From the IMG/VR virus record IMGVR_UViG_3300045988_183796: 64,000 bases of DNA; one strand, 5' to 3'. The translations under genes were made by a program, and so were the position numbers. This document shows, piece after piece, positions 30,301-37,537 of this stretch. The stretch's first letter is position 1, and every line of letters starts with the position of its first letter. This DNA is from a virus. The notes under the pieces were generated by a model that was not told the DNA's origin, ran no database searches, and saw nothing but the letters and a program-made list of their open reading frames with translations.

Positions 30301-30535
30301 ACTTTTCTCTCAGCCTTTCCTCTTTCACTTCGTCAAGGTTGTAATTTCCTTTAAGGATGCCGGTGAGGGAATCTGTGAGATAGGAAACGGCAGCATCTTT
30401 GGGAATGAAACGACCAACTTCACGGCCGTTTTTTGTTACGATTATTTCCTGACCAGACATAACGAGATTCAAGTATCTTCCAAAATTATTCTGCATTTCA
30501 GTTGCGGTTGCAGTAGCAGTAATCATAACTGACAC
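30284..30535 (-). CDS. Phd/YefM-family antitoxin
   Basis: About 83 aa with the typical Phd fold sequence (QNNFGRYLNLVMSGQEIIVTKNGREV). Confidence 0.8.
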   Translation of the reverse strand: MSVMITATATATEMQNNFGRYLNLVMSGQEIIVTKNGREVGRFIPKDAAVSYLTDSLTGILKGNYNLDEVKEERLREKYDLTD

Positions 30536-30539
30536 CTCC

Positions 30540-30585
30540 TTTTAGCTAATTATATTATACACAAAGTTAGCTAATTTTGCAACTT
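30540..30585 (-). promoter_or_regulatory. Toxin-antitoxin promoter with twin TTAGCTAA palindromic operators flanking the -10
   Basis: Reverse complement reads TTGCAA-N17-TATAAT. The palindromes TTAGCTAA lie at about 30542-30549 and 30567-30574. Confidence 0.6.
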
Positions 30586-30615
30586 GAAAATATTTGGAAC
30601 CAAGCAAATTTGCTC

Positions 30616-30643
30616 TTGCGCTGCTGTGCGAACTTCGTACAAT
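30616..30643 (+). promoter_or_regulatory. Regulon promoter (TTGCGC-tgctGTGCGAACttcg-TACAAT) driving a short terminated transcript
   Basis: Member of the conserved-spacer promoter family. Followed by an intrinsic terminator at 30747-30785. Confidence 0.55.
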
Positions 30644-30746
30644 AAGAATTGTACAAGAGAAACGGCAAGAGACATTTGTAGTGATTGTAGTTGGTCGCCA
30701 CGAATCGATACCGTGTCTGCTTGCGCATAATTACCTCTTTTCGAAG

Positions 30747-30785
30747 CCCACAGGTCATTCTCTCACCTGTGGGTTTTGTTTATTG
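30747..30785 (+). terminator. Intrinsic terminator (perfect 9-bp stem plus T-run)
   Basis: cccacaggtcattctctcacctgtggg ttttgtttatt. Confidence 0.7.
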
Positions 30786-30810
30786 CGGAATCGTGCGAAT
30801 TGCAGATAAT
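30783..30810 (+). promoter_or_regulatory. Regulon promoter upstream of omega-RNA-like copy 2
   Basis: TTGCGG-aatcGTGCGAATtgca-GATAAT. Confidence 0.55.
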
Positions 30811-30879
30811 TAAAGACAAAGCGATTGTGAGATGGGGCGATACCGATGCAGTAGGGATGAGAATCTTAGCAGCTAAAAG

Positions 30880-31198
30880 AGTCAACAACCCCGCCTAAAC
30901 CGGTTCGCCGGTTATAGACGGGGCTTGCGGGGCAACCTGTAAGCCCAGTTGATTAGCCTAAGCCCATTGCTCCGGCAGTGGGGAAAACTACGTTGTGTAC
31001 TAATAATATAGGCACCTTATCCATGCTCCACAAGTGGTGAGCTCTGCAGGCGTTTCGTTAAACATCTCCGAGGGGAGGAGAAGTGCGAGCGTCATGTCGA
31101 AAGGCTAAAACAGTGCATAACATTGGCGAAGTGGACCACAGGACGCAAGTCCTGACTTATAGTTTTATTACTATTTTACGAATGGAGAAACAAAAATT
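30880..31198 (+). ncRNA. Omega-RNA/HEARO-like scaffold copy 2 (no iscB), abutting the flotillin start codon
   Basis: Shares the 5' ~75-nt and 3' ~95-nt blocks with copy 1. The middle is divergent. Shows compensatory base changes (caggac-gcaa-gtcctg versus cagggc-gcaa-gccctg). Confidence 0.5.
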
Positions 31199-32842
31199 AT
31201 GGTATATGTGATTGGAATTGTAGCAGCCCTGATTATTCTCTTTGGATTTCTCTGCTACAAGAAAGCTCCGCCCACGGAGGCTATCGTTGTAACTGGCTTT
31301 GGCCTGTCTAAGCCTAAAGTGGTTTGCGGAAAGGGTACATTTGTTCTGCCCGTTCTTCAACGGGCTGACCGACTGAATATGCGCCTTTTGAAAATCGATG
31401 TCAAGACTCCTGAAACAGGTGTTAAGACGAAGAACGGCGTAAGTCTCTGGATTGACTCTGTTGTCACGATTCAAGTCTACAGCGAAAACTCTACCGTTCT
31501 GGATGAAGAAGTGAAGGCATCCGGTCTGAAAGACGCCAAGGCGTACATCATGTCCCGCCAGCAGGCAGCCATCTCGAACTTTCTCGGCATGAACGAGCAG
31601 GGCATCAATGAGAAAGTTAATGACGTTCTGCAGGGCAATTTGCGTGAGATTGTCTCTGACATGACCGTTGACCAAATTCTGACGAACCGCAAGCAGATGG
31701 CTGTGAGCGTTATCGAGAATGCTCGCCCCGACCTTGCTAAGATGGGACTTGAGGTCGTGACTTTTAATGTCCAGGACATCAGGGATGCAGTGGATGTTCA
31801 AGGCCACAATCACGGCGTTATCGAAGCTATCGGCATCGAACAGGAAGAGCTCGTAAAGAAACAGGCTGAAATTGCCCGTGCTCAGGCTGCCCGTGATGTA
31901 GCCTGCGCGAAGGCCGATGCTGAGATGGCTGCAAATGCCAAAGAAGTTGAAGCGCAGACTGCGATTGCAAAACGCAACAATGAATTGCAGCTCGCCAAGG
32001 CAAAGCTGAAAGCTGAAGCTGATAAAGCTGCGGCTGACGCAGATGCTGCCGGTCAGATTCAGATGAATCTCCGCGCCAAAGAAATCAAAGAAGCGGAAGC
32101 GGATGCTGAAATTGCCAAGCAGAAGAAAATGGTAGACCTTGCCGCACAGGAAGCCGAGGTCCAACAACGCAAACTGGATGCGGAAGTCCGCAAACAGGCA
32201 GATGCTGACCTGTACCGCCGCCAGAAAGAGGCAGAAGCCAAGAAATATGAGGCGGAACGTGCAGCTGAGGCACAGAAGTTCTCCAAGCAGCAGGAAGCAG
32301 AAGGCATCGAGCTTGTCGGTAAGGCAGAAGCTGAAGCGATTCGTCAGAAAGGCTTGGCTGAAGCGGAAGCTATGAAACAGAAAGCAGAGGCATATAAGCA
32401 GTATAACGATGCGGCTGTGGCTGAAATGCTCATCAAGGTTCTTCCGGACATTGCCAAGAGCGTGGCTCAGCCTTTGTCCAGCATTGATAAGGTTTCTATC
32501 ATTGGCGGTGATGCCTCCGGCGTATCCGGCGTTTCCGGGAACGTTCCTATCCTGATGGCTCAAACCATGCAGACGGTGAAAGAAGCGACCGGCATTGACA
32601 TGGGCGAAATTGTCCGTGCCAACAGCATCCAGGCAAAGACAGACCGCAACATCAACATTATGACTCAATGTGAACAGCCTGAGAATAACAAAGAGAAAGG
32701 AGGTGCCAAGGCAATGGAACGCGTAGAAGGCGGCTATCTGATTCATGAGAAGAGTCTCAACGGTGAGGAAGTCACTCATTTTCGACCGGATGTGACCGAA
32801 GAAGAGAAGGCTATCATGAAAGACAAAAAAGCCAAAGATTAA
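31199..32842 (+). CDS. Flotillin-like SPFH/Band-7 protein
   Basis: N-terminal TM helix, then an SPFH domain (VVTGFGLSKPKVVCGKGTFVLPVLQRADRLNMR...) and a long EA/K-rich coiled-coil. The antisense 581-aa ORF was rejected. Confidence 0.8.
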   Translation: MVYVIGIVAALIILFGFLCYKKAPPTEAIVVTGFGLSKPKVVCGKGTFVLPVLQRADRLNMRLLKIDVKTPETGVKTKNGVSLWIDSVVTIQVYSENSTVLDEEVKASGLKDAKAYIMSRQQAAISNFLGMNEQGINEKVNDVLQGNLREIVSDMTVDQILTNRKQMAVSVIENARPDLAKMGLEVVTFNVQDIRDAVDVQGHNHGVIEAIGIEQEELVKKQAEIARAQAARDVACAKADAEMAANAKEVEAQTAIAKRNNELQLAKAKLKAEADKAAADADAAGQIQMNLRAKEIKEAEADAEIAKQKKMVDLAAQEAEVQQRKLDAEVRKQADADLYRRQKEAEAKKYEAERAAEAQKFSKQQEAEGIELVGKAEAEAIRQKGLAEAEAMKQKAEAYKQYNDAAVAEMLIKVLPDIAKSVAQPLSSIDKVSIIGGDASGVSGVSGNVPILMAQTMQTVKEATGIDMGEIVRANSIQAKTDRNINIMTQCEQPENNKEKGGAKAMERVEGGYLIHEKSLNGEEVTHFRPDVTEEEKAIMKDKKAKD

Positions 32843-32964
32843 AGACAACGAATAAAAAGAGGGTGACTCGAAAGAGCCATCCTTTTTTCTGTTGTGACGC
32901 AAACGAAAAGCTCATGGTAGCCATCCAATTAGGGTGACTGTCTTTTTTGCATGTTAAGGCTTTG

Positions 32965-32992
32965 TTGCTGAATTGTGCGAATTGAAGATAAT
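32965..32992 (+). promoter_or_regulatory. Regulon promoter
   Basis: TTGCTG-aattGTGCGAATtgaa-GATAAT. Upstream of gene 33047. Confidence 0.55.
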
Positions 32993-33046
32993 TAAAAACA
33001 AAAGATGCTTTGTATCAAATCGATTGAAACCGAAGAGGTGAAGTTA

Positions 33047-33850
33047 ATGCTCGGCGTGAGTTTGATTATCATAGCAGCGGCTATAGTCTACATGGTCGAA
33101 ACCTATATCAGCACCTATTACACTATCGAATACATGCACGGAACATCGCTGTTCCTTATCCTCCTTGCGAAATATGGCACGCCGGTCCTGTTCCTGCTGC
33201 TCTGCGCATACATTGCATATCGCAATTTTCTCAAAAAGCAGAAAGCTGCGGCTTCTGCTGCATCTGAACGGCCTGCAAGCAAAGAAGAGCTGTATACCAA
33301 CAAAATTCAAACGGCAGTAAAGACAAAAAGCGTCTTCTCAGAGCAGGCTGACCAAATGCTGTATCAGGTACGGCGCTTCGGGCAAAAAATGGCCGTTGCC
33401 TACAGCATGACCCAGGATAGCAAGACATCCGGGGAACAAGCCAAGTGCCTAACGTTATTGGAATCCGCAGAACGTATCTTCTATGACCGACTGGATGACG
33501 CGATTCGCTCGGCTTCAATGTTTGATGAAACGGAATACAAGGCTTTCTGTCAAGGCTCTATCTCGTTTGGAAACAAAGAAGAAGCGCAGAAAAAGAAAGA
33601 AATCTACAATGGTATCGTAAGTACCGTGGATAAGGTAGTTCATGACAATGAGCGCTTAATCCTCCGATTAGATTCTTTAGCATACGCTCTGAACCAACGT
33701 TCTGCCCAGAATCCATGGGATGCAGAGGTTGTCCTCGCAATGTCTAAGCTCGACGCTGTCATCAACAAGACGACGCAGGACATCGAGCAGGATGAAGTAA
33801 TCAGCCGCGAGGCTATGAAGCAATATGATATTTTGAAAGGAGAGTCTTAA
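33047..33850 (+). CDS. Membrane protein (two N-terminal TM helices plus a helical domain; TelA/XpaC-like guess)
   Basis: RBS GAAGAGGTGAAG. Two TM helices, then a coiled region. Confidence 0.5.
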   Translation: MLGVSLIIIAAAIVYMVETYISTYYTIEYMHGTSLFLILLAKYGTPVLFLLLCAYIAYRNFLKKQKAAASAASERPASKEELYTNKIQTAVKTKSVFSEQADQMLYQVRRFGQKMAVAYSMTQDSKTSGEQAKCLTLLESAERIFYDRLDDAIRSASMFDETEYKAFCQGSISFGNKEEAQKKKEIYNGIVSTVDKVVHDNERLILRLDSLAYALNQRSAQNPWDAEVVLAMSKLDAVINKTTQDIEQDEVISREAMKQYDILKGES

Positions 33851-33851
33851 C

Positions 33852-35546
33852 GTGACGAAGAAAAATATTTTCCCTGTAGTTGCAACCATCGCCGTGGTGG
33901 GTGTTGTTCTCGGCGTGTTTTCGACGACTGTGCTGCGCGACTCGAATGTCAGCATCAGCACGATGACTTCCGAGCAGGCGTATGCGGATTTAAGCGGAAA
34001 GATGAAACGTATCGGGGTGCAGGAAGTATCCGTCAATCCGCAACAGCTTGATGTATCGGAGTTTCTGGACGCAAAAGATGAGTTGCCGGATATCGACTCC
34101 TCCTACCCGTTTGTGGTGGAGGGAAACGGTGATGTCAACATTGAAATTTTCTCTTCCGGCGAGAAAGCAGCAGAATCCGGCTCCGATTCTTTCCTGACAA
34201 GCATGGCAAAGAAGTTCAACGCCCAGCACAACAAGACTTCCGGAGACAAGACTATGAGTGTCTCCCTGCGCTCCATTCCGTCCGGTACGGCGGCTGAGTA
34301 CATCTCGACGGGAAAGTATCAGCCCGAGTGCTATACCCCTTCAAATACGCTCTTTGGCGAGCTGGTGAAGAACGAGGGCGTAGAATTGACCGTTGAGGCT
34401 GACCGTCTGGTCGGCAATGTGGCGGGTATTCTCGTATCAAAGAAGACAGGGGATATGCTTCGCTCTGAATACGGTGAAGCGTCTGTTTCTTCCGTTCTGA
34501 ACGCAACCATCGATGGCAAACTCATGATGGGGTATTCCAACCCATATACCAGCGCAACTGGTCTTAACTTCCTGCTTGCTGCATTGGCAAGCAGCGGCAG
34601 CGATACGATTGTCGATACGGCTGCTGTTGAGAATTTCCAGAAATTTCAAGCGAACGTCCCTCTCGTATCCTTCACGACCCAGCAGATGGTCCAGTCGGCA
34701 GACAAGGGCATCGTGGACGGCGTTGTCATGGAGTATCAGTCTTATCAGAATGACCCGACCTTACAGCGCAACTACGAGTTCATCCCGTTCGGTGTGCGGC
34801 ATGATAACCCCCTGTATTCTATTGGAAGCATCTCGGCCGAAAAGAAGGAAGTTATTGCTGCGTTCGTTTCCCTCTGCGCCCAGAATCAGGCAGAAGCGAC
34901 GAAGGACGGGTTCAATGGTCTTGACGACTATGCTTATACAGGCAAGGCATACGACGGCAACACCATCGCACAGGCTCAGAGTGTCTGGAAAGAAGAGAAG
35001 GATTCCGGTATTCCTATTGTGGCAGAGTTCGTTGTCGATACTTCCGGCTCGATGCGCGGCGAACCCCTGAATGCCCTGAAAACCGCGATGATAAACACCA
35101 TCCAGTATATCAATGACGACAACTATATCGGCATCATTGGCTTTGATTCAGATGTCAGGGAATACCTGCCCATTGACCAGTTCTCTCTGACCCAGAAAAC
35201 TCTGTATAAGGGTGCCGTGAACTCCCTCGATGCGAACGGCAGCACCGCAATGTACAACGGTCTTTGCGTTGCTATGGACCGCATCTACCAGAAATCTCAG
35301 GAACTGGGTGGGAATTGCACGCCCATCATCTTTGTGCTCACGGACGGTGACAACAATACCGGATATGGCTTCTCCGATACGAAGAACATCATTGCCGGTA
35401 TGGATATCCCCATTTACACCATCAGCTACAACTACGCAGCGGATAGTCTTTCGGAGCTCGCTTCCATCAACGAAGCGGCAGCTATCGTTGGTAACAGCGA
35501 GGATATCACCTACAAGCTCCGCAACCTGTTTAACGCAGAGATGTAA
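33852..35546 (+). CDS. von Willebrand factor A domain protein with an N-terminal TM anchor
   Basis: C-terminal vWA/MIDAS motif VVDTSGSMRGEP ... TDGDNNTG. N-terminal TM helix. Starts 2 nt after the upstream stop. Confidence 0.7.
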   Translation: MTKKNIFPVVATIAVVGVVLGVFSTTVLRDSNVSISTMTSEQAYADLSGKMKRIGVQEVSVNPQQLDVSEFLDAKDELPDIDSSYPFVVEGNGDVNIEIFSSGEKAAESGSDSFLTSMAKKFNAQHNKTSGDKTMSVSLRSIPSGTAAEYISTGKYQPECYTPSNTLFGELVKNEGVELTVEADRLVGNVAGILVSKKTGDMLRSEYGEASVSSVLNATIDGKLMMGYSNPYTSATGLNFLLAALASSGSDTIVDTAAVENFQKFQANVPLVSFTTQQMVQSADKGIVDGVVMEYQSYQNDPTLQRNYEFIPFGVRHDNPLYSIGSISAEKKEVIAAFVSLCAQNQAEATKDGFNGLDDYAYTGKAYDGNTIAQAQSVWKEEKDSGIPIVAEFVVDTSGSMRGEPLNALKTAMINTIQYINDDNYIGIIGFDSDVREYLPIDQFSLTQKTLYKGAVNSLDANGSTAMYNGLCVAMDRIYQKSQELGGNCTPIIFVLTDGDNNTGYGFSDTKNIIAGMDIPIYTISYNYAADSLSELASINEAAAIVGNSEDITYKLRNLFNAEM

Positions 35547-35665
35547 CTCAAAAGCGCGGTTTTGTCCGCGCAGCTGCTCCAAAAGACAGCCTCCACGCGG
35601 CGAGCAGCGGGCAACGGGAGACAGTCCCGGCAAATTGTCTTTGAGACGGAAGGAAGAAGTGCCCT

Positions 35666-36055
35666 ATGCGAGTACAACAGGTTCCGAACTCACCCTATTT
35701 CATCCATTACGACGATGAGGGCTTTTGCTGTATATCCAAAAGCAGAGAAAGCCAAGAACCTATCCCGGAATCTGAGATGCAAGCGTTCCTTGATGCAGTA
35801 GCCAACGGGTTACTCTACATCGAGAAAGAGCGAAAGAGCAGATACCAGCGCATCGAAGAAGCCGAAAAAGCAGCTTTTGCCAAGGGTGAAGCGGAAGGTC
35901 GAGAAGATAAGCTGCTCGCCACAGTCAAGGAGCTGAAGGAAGAACAAGCGTCAAGAGCAGAGTATGAGCGCAAGCTGCAATATGAAGTATATGCTCATCA
36001 TACTTCGCACACCACGAAAACCGAGTGGGTTCGCCTTGGTCGTGGAGGATGGTAA
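35666..36055 (+). CDS. Hypothetical protein
   Basis: RBS GGAAGGAAGAAG upstream. Coiled-coil C-terminus. Confidence 0.45.
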   Translation: MRVQQVPNSPYFIHYDDEGFCCISKSRESQEPIPESEMQAFLDAVANGLLYIEKERKSRYQRIEEAEKAAFAKGEAEGREDKLLATVKELKEEQASRAEYERKLQYEVYAHHTSHTTKTEWVRLGRGGW

Positions 36056-36060
36056 TTGAC

Positions 36061-36321
36061 ATGATGGGAAGCATTCTGATTCCGAATACCAGATTTTATC
36101 TGACCAGCATCGACGGCAAGAAATGGTCAGTGACAGAATATTATAGAACAGCACCGTTTAATCCCAACAAGGAGACCTACGACTTGTACAAGGCGTTTGC
36201 GGAAGCATTCCGAAAAAACGAAATAGAAGAACAGGAGTTTCCGGAAGAACTCAAAAAGGCCGTGAACAAGGCTTACGGAAACGGCTTATATGCCGGGCGG
36301 CATAGTGTTGATTTTGGCTGA
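36061..36321 (+). CDS. Small hypothetical protein
   Basis: RBS GGAGGATGG before the ATG. Confidence 0.45.
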   Translation: MMGSILIPNTRFYLTSIDGKKWSVTEYYRTAPFNPNKETYDLYKAFAEAFRKNEIEEQEFPEELKKAVNKAYGNGLYAGRHSVDFG

Positions 36322-36367
36322 GCCGAACAAGAAAAGAAGAACGGCACAGGAAAGCGGCAGAACGAAT

Positions 36368-36613
36368 ATGAGCATAGCAAAAATCGAAACGGCATCCGGC
36401 GTAACGCTGGTTCTCAACGGCAAAACAGTTTTCGCCTCAGATGATACCTCATACCGGATGCAGGGGTCTAAAATCATCGACGAAAACGGTCGGATTTGTG
36501 GGAACGCCGAGACTATCCGAGATGCCCTGTGCATAGTCTTGGCAAAGCACGGCGGGCTAAAAGGCAAAAATATAAAACATACAAAACCGAAAAAGGTGGT
36601 GAAAACATGGTAG
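36368..36613 (+). CDS. Small protein, family B paralog 1
   Basis: Shares the pattern ...NG...Y..G..L.G.G.VISY.C.S.DEA...V..LYGG with 36607-36789, 36809-37018 and 56159-56368. Confidence 0.5.
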   Translation: MSIAKIETASGVTLVLNGKTVFASDDTSYRMQGSKIIDENGRICGNAETIRDALCIVLAKHGGLKGKNIKHTKPKKVVKTW

Positions 36614-36789
36614 TATACACAAAATCCAGTGTGACGGTGAATTGCTACGGCAATATTATGACGGCATCGGACGGCAAGACCTACAACCTCTGCGGCAGGA
36701 TGTTGACCTGCAGCGGCAAGGTCATTAGCTACAACTGTCAGTCGAAAGACGAAGCACTGGGTACGGTCGTGGGACTGTACGGCGGTTGA
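36607..36789 (+). CDS. Small protein, family B paralog 2
   Basis: ATG overlaps the upstream stop. RBS AAAAGGTGGTG. Ends in ...VGLYGG. Confidence 0.5.
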   Translation: MVVYTKSSVTVNCYGNIMTASDGKTYNLCGRMLTCSGKVISYNCQSKDEALGTVVGLYGG

Positions 36790-36808
36790 AGGTTCTAGGA
36801 GGTACAAT

Positions 36809-37018
36809 ATGCAAACGGTCACGACAAACAACGGTGTAGAACTGCATGTTAAGGGCAGCATCATTTACACAACCGATGCCAAGGCGTTTTGGCGCAGCGG
36901 GAATATGCTGGTCGGAAACGGTACGGTCATCAGCTACCAGTGCCGGTCGATGGATGAGGCGGTCGATATGGTCGCCGCCTTGTACAATGGCAGAAAAATA
37001 GAAGCAGCGCAAGCATAA
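36809..37018 (+). CDS. Small protein, family B paralog 3
   Basis: RBS AGGAGGTACAAT. Contains ...VISYQCRSMDEAVDMVAALYNG. Confidence 0.5.
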   Translation: MQTVTTNNGVELHVKGSIIYTTDAKAFWRSGNMLVGNGTVISYQCRSMDEAVDMVAALYNGRKIEAAQA

Positions 37019-37037
37019 CCATCCTGCAAAAATATAT

Positions 37038-37075
37038 GCCGTTCATCTTTTTGGGTGGACGGCTTTTTGTTTTGT
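37038..37075 (+). terminator. Intrinsic terminator
   Basis: gccgttcatctttttgggtggacggc followed by a T-run. Confidence 0.5.
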
Positions 37076-37106
37076 GAATACAGCGATTCAGTGGCGAAGC
37101 GAGCCG

Positions 37107-37165
37107 ATTTTACCAGCAGTTTGATATTCTGCGGCATGATTTCCAGCAGTTTGATACTCTGTGGG
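37107..37165. repeat. Two tandem copies of a 27-bp element TTT(T/C)ACCAGCAGTTTGATA(T/C)TCTG(C/T)GG
   Basis: A third copy lies at 43312-43339 (ATTTTACCAGCACTTTGATATTTTGTGG). All three are immediately upstream of promoters. Confidence 0.6.
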
Positions 37166-37168
37166 CAG

Positions 37169-37196
37169 TTGCACAGCCGTGCAAATTGCATACAAT
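37169..37196 (+). promoter_or_regulatory. Regulon promoter (variant GTGCAAAT)
   Basis: TTGCAC-agccGTGCAAATtgca-TACAAT. Followed by a 340-nt leader before gene 37538. Confidence 0.5.
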
Positions 37197-37537
37197 GGGA
37201 ATTGGAGAACAAAAAAGCGATGCAAGGATGTATTTGCAATAAATATGGCGGCTGTTTTTGGTATTCACGAAACAACACGAAATTAAACGAAACGCGAAGA
37301 GGATACAAGAAAAGACGAATGAAATCCGGCTGAGGTGGATAATACTTGTGCCGAGTAGTTTAAAGTCCGGACAATGGGACAGCTAAAGTGGTAAAATGAA
37401 ACTAGGAATACCTAAAATCAGATTTAACCGAAAAAACAAAAACCATGAATGAATAATTGGTTGCTAAAAAGTAACCGCTCGCTTTTATACCCAAACCAAC
37501 AAATGACCCAAATCTGTTTAGGAAGGATAGGTACAAA

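Noticed and set aside
31157-32902. 581-aa minus-strand ORF antisense to the flotillin gene
   Set aside because: The + strand product has a clear SPFH domain and a TM anchor. The antisense ORF is a repeat-driven artefact of the coiled-coil codons.
37217-37330. 37-aa Cys-rich small ORF (MQGCICNKYGGCFWYSR...) in the long leader of gene 37538
   Set aside because: Weak RBS spacing. It could be a leader peptide or could be fortuitous. It is mentioned in the PLD-SF3 finding rather than listed as a feature.
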